This document shows, one piece after another, positions 14,994-28,704 of a stretch of DNA of 64,000 nt (the stretch's first letter is position 1; every line of letters starts with the position of its first letter). The notes under the pieces were generated by a model. That model was not told where the DNA came from, made no database searches, and was given only the letters and a program-made list of their open reading frames with translations. The DNA is from the human T2T-CHM13v2.0 reference genome, Homo sapiens. A program made the translations under genes and the position numbers. The DNA lies in NCBI RefSeq assembly GCF_009914755.1, contig NC_060944.1; one strand, written 5' to 3'.

Positions 14994-15688
14994 CCATATA
15001 TGGAGAGACTGGATCAACAAGATCATCTCGAACTAATACAGGAGGTGAGAGTTTAAATTAGAACAACCACTTTGGAAAGCAATTTGGATTATCTTATAAA
15101 TTTGAGCATTCTCATATGTTATGGCAAAGTAATTCCTCTGCCATAGGCCCTGGAGAAACTCTTGCCCATATGTACCAGAAGTATTAAAAAAAAAATGCTC
15201 ATGTAATGCCATTCATAATAACAAAAATCTGGAAATAAGCCAAATGTTCATTAATAGGAGAATGGGTAAATTAATAGGAGAATGGGTAAATAAATTATAC
15301 CCTTAAAAACTAAATAATATGTCATTTAGGGTAATCATATGTATGCAATCAAACAGTGTTTTTTTTTTTTAAAGGAAGAGAATCCTAAACATAAATTCAG
15401 GGTATTAGTTACCCTCGGGCTGAAGGTGGAAAATCAGAAAAAAGGACAGAGGAGGAGCAGATGTTAGGGTCAGAACCCTAGTTCTTTGGTTGTGTTGTAA
15501 GTTCACAAGTGATTACCATATTGTTCAAATACATTTACACAGAGGCTCAGGCACAGACAAGGATGAAATAGGAGCCAAGGTGTGCTATGAGCCAAGGATT
15601 ATGATTAATCCAATTTTGAGCACTTTAAGTCATTTGAAAAACAGAAAAGCAAAACAACAAAATAATTTTTAAGAAATTGAATATAGGG

Positions 15689-16070
15689 TGCCATGCTCTG
15701 AATGTGTCCCCCTAAAATTAATCACCAATGTCATAGGATTAGGAAGTAGGGCTTTTAGGTAGTGATTCAGTCATGAAGGGAGAGTCTTCACAAATGGGTG
15801 TAGGATCCTTACACAACTGGAAGGAGTGGGCTTCCCCTGTTTTGCCCTTCCGCCTTCTGCCATGTGAGGACACAGTGCATCTCCTCCTGAAGACACAGTG
15901 CACAAGGTACTATCTTGGATGCAGAGACCAGGCCCTCACCAGACACCAATCCTGCTGGCACCTTGATCTTGGACTTCTAGCCTATGGAACTGTGAGAAAT
16001 ACATTTCTGTTCTTCAGAAATTACCCAGCCTAGTGTATTTTCTATATAGTAGCACAAACTCATTAAGGCA
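15689..16070 (+). mobile_element. Solo MaLR LTR (MSTD/MLT1A-like)
   Basis: tgccatgctctgaatgtgtcccc...gccatgtgaggacacag...ctgctggcaccttgatcttggacttctagcc...gaactgtgagaaatacatttctgtt. Confidence 0.85.
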
Positions 16071-16224
16071 CAATGCCTCTTGTCATTTTCTTCTACAGTT
16101 TTCTTTGTTACCTCTTTAGCACTGGGTCATTTTATATTTGATCCTTCATAATACCTCTTACTTTCGGTTTTTCACATTTCTGTTCCAAGTGTATTCTTAG
16201 ATACATATTTTCCACTATTAGTTA

Positions 16225-16272
16225 GCCTCAGGGGTTGCCAGGGAGTGTGTGTTTCTGTGCCACCACTGTAGG

Positions 16273-16312
<40 letters not shown>

Positions 16313-18180
16313 ATTCTCTCTTCTCTCTCTGTCTCTCACCCTCTGTGTGTTTCTTTCCCTCTCTCTGTCAGTCTGTGTGTGTGTGTGTTTGTGTGTGTAT
16401 GCCTGTGTGTGTGTGTATCTTTGGACGAATGTGCTCTGTTCACCAAAATGCAAATTTTTGCATATCGGCCAGTCTTTGTTGAGCCTCTTTCTGCGTCTCT
16501 GCCTGGGTCCCCTGGCCGGTTGTCCGTCATTTTCATGGCGGTTCCACTTTGGGTTTGTGAAGTCCTCGATCATGTGAGGAGACGCGTCAGTCCCGGAGCA
16601 ATCGAAGTCTCATCCCCATCCTGAGCGGCCACTTTTCTAGGATCAAGAGGACCACACTCCAGCCCAGGACAAAACCCCACAGCAGCTCATTGTCCGGCAG
16701 GAGAGGAGCAGACCCACCTCCAAGAAGATGGTTGTACCCCTGCACGGCTCTTCTCTGAGCAATGAAGCCACACCACGATACAATTCTGAGGAGGAAGCCG
16801 GGAATGGGAGACGGCAACAATCCCTGTCCCTGGAATGCTGGCCTCTCTGGACAAGTCACACATTTCACACCCCTCCCCTTATGCCCGTGGCAGTGGCAAG
16901 GTCCTGTAACCTGCCTGGGCTCTGGCCTCTGCTCTGTCCTCCCTCTTGCTCTGTCTCCCCTGTTTCTGAGGGGCCTAGTTGCCTCTTGGTCTGGCTAATA
17001 ACTTCTACGAAGATCGCTTCCCAGTCCATCAGGGAGACACTTTCTGGAGATGCGTGACATGACTCTTTCTCTCTCCAAACCTGTTTCTGCTGGATTGGGC
17101 AGGTCTGATAAGCCTGGAACACTTGGCTTCCATGCGTGTCTCAGACAGGGAAGCTTCTTTGGTCTCCTTGCTTCACCTCATGGGTGGGTGGATTGCCTAG
17201 AATAAGCGCTAGGTGATCATGACTGGCCTTGTCTTCTAGGACAGGTGGTGTCCCATTTCCTCTGCAAGTCCTGTCTCACAAATGAGGGATATCCTCTCCT
17301 CTACTCATAGGTGGACTGATTCCTTGAATCTTTTGGCTGTAATGAATGTCAGGAAACCAAAGGAACTGGGCTGGGCCTGGGGATGGGTTTGGGGCTGGGT
17401 GCAGGGAAGGTTGCATCAGGGCTACCTGGGCGGTGGAGGCTTCGGGGTGGGGTGAATGTTGCAGAAACCTCTGTGCTCCTCTGGCAGGCATTTCAAAATG
17501 TGGCTTGGACTGAGGCACAGGCCCCATCCAGGTTCCCAGGTCTTCTTTGAGTTCCCTTGGCACTCAGGGAAAGGCCACTTGATCCCCCTTTCCACTGGGC
17601 ACATGCCTGGACGCCATTGTTGGTTTCGCCATCACCCCATATGCCTCCGGTGACGCACATTCACACCATCTGCTGTGGGATACGCCAGTGCCACACGTGA
17701 TCGCATTGTCTCCACCTCTGCTTCGCACCATCCCTGTTTGCACATGTCCTGGAAAGCGGTGTCCGCTTGCAGGAGCCCCAGGGCTTTTAAAAGCGGGGCA
17801 CGCCACTGCTCTTTCAACGGAGGAGGGAGGCAGAGGGCTCACGGATCAATGAACTTTCAGCTGACACCACGCTTTGAGGGCCATGGGATCATTCTGTGCT
17901 GCAGCGAGGACCTGCCTGCCTCACCAGATGTGCTGAGCCCATCCTTTCTAATCCAGAGGGGTCCAAACTAGGATCTGAAGAGGAGTCCTGAGAACCCAGC
18001 AGGTGCCCTGAAGATCCCCCTCCATCGGTGGAAGTCGGCTCAAGGAGGTCCTGAAGACTGGACTCCTGGGGGTTTGGCCCGGGGACAGGATACTCAAGGA
18101 CTCCTCTCCCACCCCGCCCCAAACTGGACCTCAGCCCCCACGCCACAGCCCCCACTTTCTCCCCAGAGCTGAGGGACAGA
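16225..18180. repeat. Solitary SST1/NBL2 (MER22) macrosatellite monomer
   Basis: ~1.9 kb GC-rich unit with a (GT)n/(CT)n tract at 16275-16420; gcagaaacctctgtgct (17461-17477) and tcacaccatctgctgtggga (17661-17680) closely resemble the NBL2 PCR primer sites as I recall them; no second copy in the window. Confidence 0.8.
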
Positions 18181-18189
18181 GAATTGCGA

Positions 18190-18486
18190 CTAGAAATTCG
18201 ATCGATTGCTACGAGGGACCACGTGGCCAGGGGCTGGCCAATGACCAGGCCGCCCAGGATGAGTAATAATGGAAGCAATTTGTAACTTTCAGTAACTCTC
18301 TAGGCCTGGGTACCGGAGGGAGGGAGGCGGGCAAAGGAGGGGAGATGGGCACCCCCAGTCTTTCCATCCTCCTCATTCGTCTAGGTGCACCCGAATCCCC
18401 TATTCCTTATTTCCCGTATCACTCAGGCACTGGCAGCGTCCTTTGCCCACTCCTGTTGGCCGCGGCGGCTCCAAAGCGAGGTAAGC
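18190..18486 (+). promoter_or_regulatory. CpG-rich promoter-like element (E-box + CCAAT) with a candidate non-coding first exon ending at 18480
   Basis: CACGTG 18220-18225, CCAAT 18238-18242, strong donor GAG|GTAAGC at 18480/18481. Confidence 0.55.
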
Positions 18487-20149
18487 TGGTCCTCTACCCC
18501 TCAAACTCTTCACAACCTTCACCCCGTTTACTAGCACCTGCAAACCACAGCCTCCCTTCCTGTCCCATTAGTGAATTTAAATCGGATTTCGTTTTTCCTC
18601 TTAGTTGAAAGAAAAAAATCTTTTTGTATTCTTTTGTGTAACCTATCTCGGATTTGGAGAAAATTTTAATTCAAATTAATACACTTATATTGGGGGGGGT
18701 GAGTGGTACTTTCCTCCTTTTCAATAAATTTCTATACTTGCTACTTTATGGAGAGTTTACTTTTCTTTGGGGATGAGTTACACCTTATGTTTTCACATGT
18801 GTTACTTCTTTAATGATAAGTGCAACTCCTTTCTCCATTCCATCCTCCAATTTTGCTATTTATAAATATCACCTAATGGATTTAGAGTTTATTCATTTTT
18901 CTCCTCCCTCACTAGTTTTTCAGCTGTTACAGAATCACCACAATTTATTTTTCTCTGTATGTGGATGAGGTTTTGTGTTGATTCCTCTTTTTGTTTTGTA
19001 AATGAATTTATTGTTTGGGAAACTCTTGGGGTGGTGTGTGTAAAAAAGGTCTTTTGATTAATTCCAACCTCTCCTCTTCTGAAGAACAATTTGCTTGAAA
19101 TTTTTGTGTATTTTCCTCATTTTTATTATGTTTAAATTTGAGGTATTTTACCTTCTTTAAAACCTGACCTCTTTTTAAAATTTAACCTTTTGCATGTTAA
19201 ACCATTTTTAAGGTTTTTATTTTATAAACTGCAATGGTTAGTAGATTTACTTGTCTTTCCCTGACCTCCTTCACGCTCCTGCCTCCTCCATCTCAAAACT
19301 CCCATCCCCAGCTTCCACAATTCTCAGCTTCCAACGGACTCATCCTCCCCTCTCCTCCCAGCCAAGGAGGGATGCCTGGGAAGTAGACAGTGTCCTTCTT
19401 GGGTCAGAACCTATGCTCTGGTTCTAGTTCAGGACACCTCCAGTCTCACCTCCAAGCTGGCAAAACGAGTGAGAGCAGAATTTCTGTTCAACTTTTTCAT
19501 TTGGGACTAAGTTCTTTCCACTTGGCTGTATTCTGGAGAACTCTGATACATGAAATTGAATTTTAAATTCTCATTTTTTCCTTAAATTCTAAGAAAAGTG
19601 CAGGCAGATTGTTTTTCTTCCTTAAATGTAAGCTGTTAGCTTAGGGGTCAGCCCTTTGGGTCTTTTACCTCCTGGGGGAGACTTCTCAGAGAGACATACA
19701 GTGTTGATTCTTCCTTTTAGTTTTTGTTAAGGTAGAAGGGGCAGGGATTGAGGAAGCCCATATTGATCTCTGGCTCTAGCTCTGAACAAAGAAGGGTAGA
19801 GAGCTGGCCTGGGGACTTGTTCCTTTTGTCAGTAAGGTTTGGCTTAGGAGAGAGTTTGAAGTAAATCCCAGCTCTGAGGAAATTCTTCTTTTTAGCATTA
19901 CTGTGAAAATAAACTCTTAAAATGGTGTGACATGGCTTCAAACTATTCAGATTCCTTGAAGTAACAAAAATAAACTTACAAGAGTAATTTGTGTTTCCCA
20001 GAGATCCGCCTCCAGTGACTCCATTTCTCTCAGGGAAACAGAACCCAACTGGGCAGAAGCAAAACTGCCACCCCTCCGCTTTCAGGTCCCCAGTCACATT
20101 GACATTCTGGGCACATTTGGCCCAGCCCCCGTCCCTGCTTCTCCCAAGT

Positions 20150-20245
20150 ATGAATCTAAGTTACTATTAATAAGGGGCCGCTCCAAGTTAATTGGCATTA
20201 AAAGAATTCATTTCAATTTGTTAATATTAAATGAATGCTCTGCAC
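20150..20245. promoter_or_regulatory. Homeodomain-site-dense AT-rich element (candidate conserved enhancer)
   Basis: TATTAATA, GTTAATTGG (20187-20195), GGCATTAAA and TTAATATTAA (20221-20230) in unique GC-rich context. Confidence 0.45.
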
Positions 20246-20689
20246 TTTAGCTCCCTTCTTCGCCCTGGATTCCCAGATGAGTGATGGGAAGAGGGGGCAG
20301 GGAAGTAGAATGAGGATTTTATTTCTGGCTCTCCAGCTTAGCCACTGTGGTGCCTCCCCTGGGGGTGTGCGATTAGGCACAGTGGGGGACGGCTTGGGGA
20401 AAGTCTGATGGTCTTTTTTGGTGAAATTCATCTGTTTCAGCAGGAGTTGTGGGGGAGGGTTGGGGGGAGCAGAGGGAGAGAGACAGAATGGTTTGGGGGA
20501 CTTTGTGGGGAGCAGAGGGACTAGGGAGAAAGTGGGAAGGGAAAGGGACGGAGGTCAACAGGAGTTTTGGAGAACAAGGGTTGTAGGCTGTGGGGGGTAA
20601 AGCAGATTTGTGAAGAACTGGTGATAGGAACTAAACAACCCACCTAGAAGGGGAGGGGCTTTGAGCAGGGGTGGGGAGGTGGGATTTGA

Positions 20690-21160
20690 GGCAAAACAGC
20701 TAGGAGTTCTGAAACTATTAATATCTAGCTGTGTGACTCAGGGCAAGTTGCTTAACTTTTCTCTCTGCCTTAGTTTCTTGACCTGTAAAACAGGGATACT
20801 AATAATAGAACTTATCTCAGGGGGTTATTTGGAATTAGAAGAAATACATGCCATGTGTTTTCCACAGTGCTTGGCACATAGAAACTGCCAGTAAATGTTA
20901 GCTCTTTTTATGGCAGAGTGGTTAACAGGATGGATTCTGGAGCTAGACGGCCTGGTTTTGAATCTCGGTCATGCCTTATGTGAGTTGTATGACCTAGGCA
21001 AGTTACTTAACCCCTTGTGCTTTAGTTTTCTTGTCTGTAAAACGGGGTTAATAGTACCTAGCTCAAAGGCTGCTGTCAGGATTAAATGAGTTATATGTAC
21101 AAAGAGCCTGGAACAATGTCCATCCCATAGGAAACACTATGTACCCATTAGTTGTCATTG
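20690..21160 (+). mobile_element. Two tandem MIR elements
   Basis: MIR core seen twice (agctgtgtgactcagggcaagttgcttaac; tgacctaggcaagttacttaacc). Confidence 0.85.
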
Positions 21161-22769
21161 ATATTGTTGCTCTTCTGATCTAGGAAGGTTGAAAATAGAG
21201 GCATAGGTGAGCTACTACTTACAGGCTAAGATTGGAATCAGATCAACTCTTTCTCTCTTATCCCTGAAGCTAGTCCTGCAAATGGGGCTGCATATGAGGG
21301 CTTGGGGAGAGAGCCTATAAACCTGGAAGCTGGGATATCCAAGTCTTTCCTCTGCTCTAGCTCTTGGGTTGGTGGTCCCTCCAAGACCCATAGACTCGAA
21401 GTCACTTCTTTTTCCCTGGGCAAGGTTGGGTTGGATCTGGTAATGGGAGAATTACTTTCTTGGTCTAATAACTCCCTTTAGTAGAGAGGTAGTCCTGGGA
21501 GTGTGAGTTGGGGGAGGTTGGGTAGAGCAGAGGAGATTAAATATCCTTTATGTACCAGCCCACACACACTTGACCTCACCAGAGGGTTGGGAAGACAGAG
21601 ATTCAAAGAGAGGAAGTGATCTGACAAAGTTCTAAAGCTAGAACTTGGCAGAGTTGGCATCTGAACTCTGATCTGCTTGATGACAAACTTAAAGCCCTTC
21701 CATTGCTGCATGCTTTTTGAAGGGAGGGATGGGACACGTGTAAACTTGGGCCAGGACCATGGGGTAGATGGAAGATGGGTGAAGATAGAGTATTGGAGTG
21801 GAAAGTGGCCAAGCAGGAATTTTTCAATCATGGAAGATTTCCTGAGAAAAGAGATTCCAGATCAGGGTTCAGATGGTAGGGGAATGAGGATAGGAAATAA
21901 AGAAGAGGGAGGGAGCCATGCATTGACAAGGAAGGAGAAGAAAAAAGAATTTATGCAAAGGCTGGGTCAGAGTAATGGACATGAATTTGATTTGCCTTCC
22001 GTTTGCCTTACCATTTATTGAAGGCATACTATGTACTAGGTACATACATGATCACATTTGATGTTCACAACAGCCCTGACAAGTGGGTTTCTTATCCCTA
22101 TTTCCAAAAGAGTTCATTGAAGTTCTGAGAGCTTAATCCCCGCTTTAGGTTACACAGTAGTAGCTGGATTTCCTGGCATGAGAACCCTCACCTAGGCTGT
22201 CTCTGAGCCTGGCTTCTGTGTCCCAGTCTCAATTTCCATGACTGTTTCAGGTCCTCCTGTTCCCTCATATTTGTAGTCACTCTTGGTGACTGGGAACAAA
22301 GGGCTAGAGCGTGAGCTGAAACTGAGACAGGGAGTGGCAGGCAGGCAGTGGGGACAGAAACTTTTCTCACATCCACCCATGTGAAGAAGATGGACAGAAC
22401 GGTGGTCTTTCTGGATGGAGGCTTCCAAGCCACTTTCCGGAAACAGCTGATCTTGGGATGAATGGCAGGGACCTGATTGGGTAGGGGATGGGTGGTCACA
22501 TTGTTTTCTGGGCTGTAGACTTTATTTCCCTTCCTTTGGGAAGAGAAGAGGAAGAGGACAGCTCAGGTGTGGGTTTGAGCCCTGGATTAAGACTGCCCAT
22601 TGTCCACTAAAATCTCTTCTTTCCTTGCTGCCCGAGGGTGGAGAGACACCCAGCTGGACACTCCATTTCCCAGCTGTCTTGTTGCCAGGTGTAGACACAG
22701 GGAAATGTGAGGCGAGCATGTCCTCAAAGCCTGACGGCATTGGGTAAATTCTCCTTTGTGTTCTCTCTT

Positions 22770-23005
22770 TCATGAGCTGGGCAGATGTGCCTGAGACAGG
22801 TTTGACCAGGCAACTGAAAAGATATCCCTAAGAGAAGACAAAGCAAAGGTATGAAAGGAACACACGTCCCTGACTGACTAGGAGGAACAGAGCTGCCTGC
22901 TGTCTGGAACCGCTTCCTCCCAGACTAAGAGAGAAATAAACTTCTGTTTTCTATATGCTACTGTGTTTTGGGGCCTTTGTGTTATAGCAGTTTTGCTGTC
23001 ATCCT
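22770..23005 (+). mobile_element. MLT1-type LTR 3' fragment
   Basis: gagagaaataaacttctgttt...tactgtgttttggggcctttgtgttatagcag. Confidence 0.6.
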
Positions 23006-23056
23006 TTCTAATTCACCTTCTCACACCAGATATTTCAAATTAAAAAGATTATATCA

Positions 23057-23354
<298 letters not shown>

Positions 23355-23369
23355 TTACATCAGATCACG

Positions 23370-23600
23370 GAATAACTATAATGATATTTATTGGGCCAGA
23401 TAGTATGCGAAGGACTGTATGCACATTATTTAGTGTAATCTATGTGACAATCCTCTGAGATACGTGTTACTATTATTCCAGTTTATACACGAGGAAACAG
23501 GTTCAAGGAAGGTAAGTTATGTGCTGAGGGACACACAGGAGGGGGTGGAGCTGGATTTCAAGCCCACTGGGTGTGCAGAACTGAGCCTCTTCACCATGGG
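23370..23600 (-). mobile_element. MIR
   Basis: gaggaaacaggttcaaggaaggtaagttatgtgc...ggagctggatttcaagccc. Confidence 0.7.
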
Positions 23601-24589
23601 GGCAAATCCCTCCTGAGGACAGGGCTGGAAAAGCCATGGAGATCATCTTGTGCTTGGACAAGCCTCTCGCCAGTCACCACAGGGTCCTGAGACTCCCATT
23701 CCTACCTTCAAGAAGCTCAGCAGGCTACTACTCGTGTTCATGTTGGGTCACTATATATGGTTTTATTTGAAGGAAGGACCCCAGAGTTAAACTCATTTGA
23801 AAACCCCTGATAAATTCAGTCCCCTCCCTCTTTTTACAGGTGAGGCCTGGAGAGAAGATATGACTTGCTTAAGGTCACACACTTAGTTTCTCTGTCAATC
23901 TTTCTAAATCTAGGACGAGTTCTCTTCCCACTGTATCAGGCTGCCTCAACAAATAAGGAAGTACAAAAATAGCCAAATCCAGGAAGGAGGGCAGTGGTCT
24001 GTGTCTCCTCCAATAATTTCATGGGACAGCCAAGCCTATTTCCTTGATTTCCCTTGTGCCCCTCCTGTTGGATATCAGATTTGGGACCCATCTCTTTTGG
24101 GCTTGCAGAGAGAATGGGCTGCACCAGTTCTCTGCCCTCCGCATCACCTAGATGGTCAAACATGCAAAGGGAAAGGAGAGCTGGGGCCAGAGCCAAGGCA
24201 GGCAAAGAGACTCCTCGACACCCTCCAGTCTTTCCACATTTATATTTTTGGAATTTCAGGCTCCCTCCTCCCCCTGGACCTTTCCTAGTAGCCCACCAGG
24301 GAGAAGAAGAGGGAAAACTGCCATAAATTTCTCCTATTTATACAAGATGACAGAGTTTCTTGTGCCAGTAAAAACACAGAAAGGGAGCTGTCAGGGGAGA
24401 AGGGACCCAGCCCTATACCTTCTGGGGTCAATTTATCTTTCCGAATCGTGGCTTGGGGGCTACCCTAACATTGCCTGTATGAAATGCAGGCTTCGACTTG
24501 GGGCAGCCAGGCTAGACAGCCCCTGAGCTTTGTTTCTGATCACAGTTTTCCTGCTTCATCTCAACTTCCCCCTACCCCTTATGCTGTCT

Positions 24590-25060
24590 TTTTAAAAAAC
24601 AACTTTCTTGAGGTATAATTCATGTGTCATACAATTCACCATTTGAAATGTACAATTCAATGATTTTAGTATATTCACAGGTGTGTCAAACCATCATCAT
24701 AGTTAATTTTAGAACATTTTCATCACCTCAAAAAGAAATCTTGTAACCTTTAGCTATCACCTCCCTATCCCCCCATATTCCTTCTTGCCCTTAACAACAC
24801 TAATGTACTTTCAGTCTCTGTAGATTTCCCTATTCTGGACTTTCATATGAATGGCATCATATAATAAGAGACCTACTGTGACTAGCTTCTTTCATTGAGC
24901 ATAGTGTTTTCAAGGTTCATCCATGTTGTAGCATTTATCAGTACTTCATTCCTTTTCAAGGCTGACTAATATTCCATTGTATGGGTATATCACACTTTGT
25001 TTATCCGTTCATCTATTGGTGAACATTTGGGTTGTTTCCACCTTTTGGATATTATTATTC
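24590..25060 (-). mobile_element. L1MB 3' UTR fragment
   Basis: ttgaggtataattcat...tttagtatattcacag...ttttagaacattttcatcacc...tcaaggttcatccatgttgtagcat. Confidence 0.88.
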
Positions 25061-25874
25061 TCTCTTTCTTCTCATTCTCTAGACATCTTGGATAGTATCC
25101 AGTGAGGCCTGTGGGCAAGAATTGGTGTTTCTTATATTTGGGTACACCTAATATCCATGAAAGCAGGGTCTTGGCACATGTCTGCTTTCATATTAAGTAC
25201 ATGTACTAGCTGGAATTTTCCTCCCTCTATTGTTACTGAGGTGGGGCTGCTCCCTCCTTTATCAATTCTCCCTTTTTATCATGATAGCTATGTTGGAAAC
25301 TTGCTGACTCTTCAGACTAGGGGATTCAGATCCTTCTCTTGGGGCTTCAAAGACATGGAGTGGATGAATGAATGTCTTCCCATGAGGGAAGAGTTCCCTG
25401 AGTCTGGTCTCAAGTGATTCTCCAGTGCCTCACAGTGGAAGGAAGGTCTGTGAAGGCTCCAGGTTCTAGGGAAAGTTATGTTCTTGGAGGTATGACTGAG
25501 CCCAGAATCCAGGCCTCCAGTTTCCATCTCCTTGCCTGGACCATTTCAGTCTTCAGACATGCTTTGAGGTCAATCCAGTCACTCACCCAGCAACAGACAC
25601 TGCCTCTGCCCTCATGGACCTTGCAGTTCTAGTGGTGAGAGTAAGATGAATACAAGTGAACAAAATGATGGCAAGTTGTTCAAGCTTGTTCAAACTTCTA
25701 AACACTGTTCAATGAATGAATGAACCAACAAGAACTTACTATGTGCTCTGGAAAGAAAATGTGAAAAAAGTCAGAGTTGTAAATCACTTTCTGCTACCAC
25801 TACCTTTCCTAGTCTGGAAGTCAGCATTACTTCTCCATCCCTTGGAGGAGATAGTGGGCAGATATTACAAAATG

Positions 25875-26070
25875 TTAGCTAATAAGAGCTACCATTTATT
25901 GGACCAGACATACACCAAGGGGTTTCTATAGTTCATTAATTTTCACCCTTTGAATTAGGCATCAATATTTCCATTTTGAAGATGAGAAAAACCAAAACTC
26001 AGGTTAAAGTAGCTATCTGAAATCACACCCATAGCAGCAAGTGGCAGAACATTTGCTCTGGACACTGGGA
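25875..26070 (-). mobile_element. MIR
   Basis: ccattttgaagatgagaaaacc...agcaagtggcagaac. Confidence 0.7.
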
Positions 26071-26073
26071 TAA

Positions 26074-26433
<360 letters not shown>

Positions 26434-27081
26434 ATGTATGTGTTTTTATTCCTAGCACTTCATAACAAATGCCAATATCTCTTCCTGCAGCCTTACCACA
26501 GAGGGAGCTGATCAGTTTCCCCTCCTGCCCAAAGGCAAAGCAGCCACAGTGAAAGTGCCAGAGTACTCCCTCACAGCCTTCTGTCTAGTGGTTATTCCCG
26601 CTTCAAGGCTAAGGAAGGGAAGGACCCGTTTTGCTTTCAAAGGCTTTTTCCTTCCAGCCCTTGCTGTGTGCCCGTTGTGTGTGGGAGGGACCATGAGAAG
26701 CCTGGTTATTGTCAACAAAAGACTTGAACAAGCCAAAGAGCTGATGATGTTGACAAGAAGGGGACCTTAACAAGGCAGATAATCAAAAGTTGATGACTGA
26801 CAGCCCCTTTTGCATCCCTTCACCCTCTACTAAATCAGGTCTCTTACATGATCTTGATGACAAATAATAAAAATTATAAACACATTACAGTTTTCACATG
26901 CATTTGTTCACTTCTCACAGCAAATATGAGAGGTATCTAAGGCTGAGCAGCTTATTACAGAAAAGGTTTATGGGACTAGAACCTTAATTTTATGTAACAA
27001 AATTTATATAGAGCTTACCATGGATCATGTACTCTCCTAAATAGTTCAAAACTTTCATTTTTAGAGAGATGGGTGTCTTGC

Positions 27082-27372
<291 letters not shown>

Positions 27373-27490
27373 GGGGGGAGCGGTCTTGCTATGTTACCCA
27401 GGCTGGTCTTGAACTCCTGGGTTCAAGCAATCTTTCCACCTCAGCCTTCTGAGTAGCTAGGACTATGGGCCCATGTCACCAGGCCTGGCT
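27373..27490 (-). mobile_element. FLAM (remainder of the interrupted monomer; other part at ~27055-27081)
   Basis: gtcttgctatgttacccaggctggtcttgaactcctgggttcaagcaatc. Confidence 0.8.
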
Positions 27491-28704
27491 GTATCTCATA
27501 ACTATTAACTCATCTACTTTTTCACCACCATGTGAAGTAGGCATTACTGTTATTCACATTTTTTAAGATGTGGAAACTGAGGCATGGTAATCAAGTATCT
27601 TGCCCAAGGTTGTACAGCCAGCAGGTGGTAGAACAGGGATCTTGGGCCCAGCCCCAGCATCTGTGTCTAACCACTTCGCCAGGTGGGCTTTGCATGGGGA
27701 CTACACTTGAAACTTTAGTTTGTTAGTCTGGTGCCCCTGCTTCCACCTGCCTCCCTCAGTCTTTATGGCCCATTGGCAAAAGGAAGCCAGAGCTGTGGCT
27801 CCCAGGGTGACGATCCTTCAGCTGCCTCCTTGGCACTGTCATTCCCTCCTCCCATCTCCCGCCAAAGGCTACAGCCGAGAATACCACAGACGGTTTGCCA
27901 TGGATCAAGATTTCTCTCAATAGAGAGCTCACAGAAAGGCTGCTGTGAGAAAGGAAGTCACTTGCTACTCCCCTTATTCCTCCATCAGGAGGAGCCTGAT
28001 GAGGTCACTGCACATTTGAGTGGGTGCTATCAAAGCACAGCCTCTGGCCAGCGTGGAGACAAACATGGGCTGTGTGGCCCATGACTGAGTGGCTGAAAGG
28101 AAACCTGAGGTGGTAAATGATGGAACCGATTGAAATAAAACTACTGTAGGAATGCTGCATGTCATTCATTCAACAGTGCTCCCTGACCAGGGCCCAGGGC
28201 TGTGCATATGAGCTGCAAATGGGTTTGTTCATTCGTTTACATATCTATTTGCTTATTTATTCAATAAATTCTGATTATGCCCCTAAGAGGCACTGTGCTA
28301 GATGTCAAGGGTGAACAAGACAAAATCCCTTCCCCACAGGGGCTCCCGGTCTAGAGAGGGGAGGAGGAAGGAAGATGCACAGTGATTTGTATCATATGCT
28401 GAGGAAAGAGAGTCATTTACTATCGCCGTTTGACATCCTCACCCCCAGTGCGGTCCTTCTCTTTGTCTCTCCATGCTGGGAGTGGGCAGTCCCTGCCCTG
28501 CTGCCCTTCAGACACAGCCCTCTTCCCTCAAGCTGCCCTCTGCCTGGATCCCACCTTCCTTGTGAGCTGGAGTGTTTGCGTTGAAGGAGTCTTGACTCTC
28601 TTTCCCTGTCAGTCACTGTTTGGCTGCAGGCAGTGATAGAGGTGGCAATAAAGCAGCAGAGAGAAGGCTTTGGTATCAGAGCAGGGACTCGCGGGTGGGA
28701 TGGG

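Larger units (their letters stand above)
11641..15530 (+). mobile_element. Old L1M (L1ME-like) ORF2 end and 3' UTR, split by AluS and THE1
   Basis: tataaagctacagcaattaagacagtgtgg; aacctcattagtaatcagggaaatgca; resumes after THE1 with aaccactttggaaagcaatttgg. Confidence 0.8.

Noticed and set aside
16172-18278. Many overlapping ORFs, e.g. MVVPLHGSSLSNEATPRY...
   Set aside because: SST1 satellite and dinucleotide-repeat sequence; no domain evidence.
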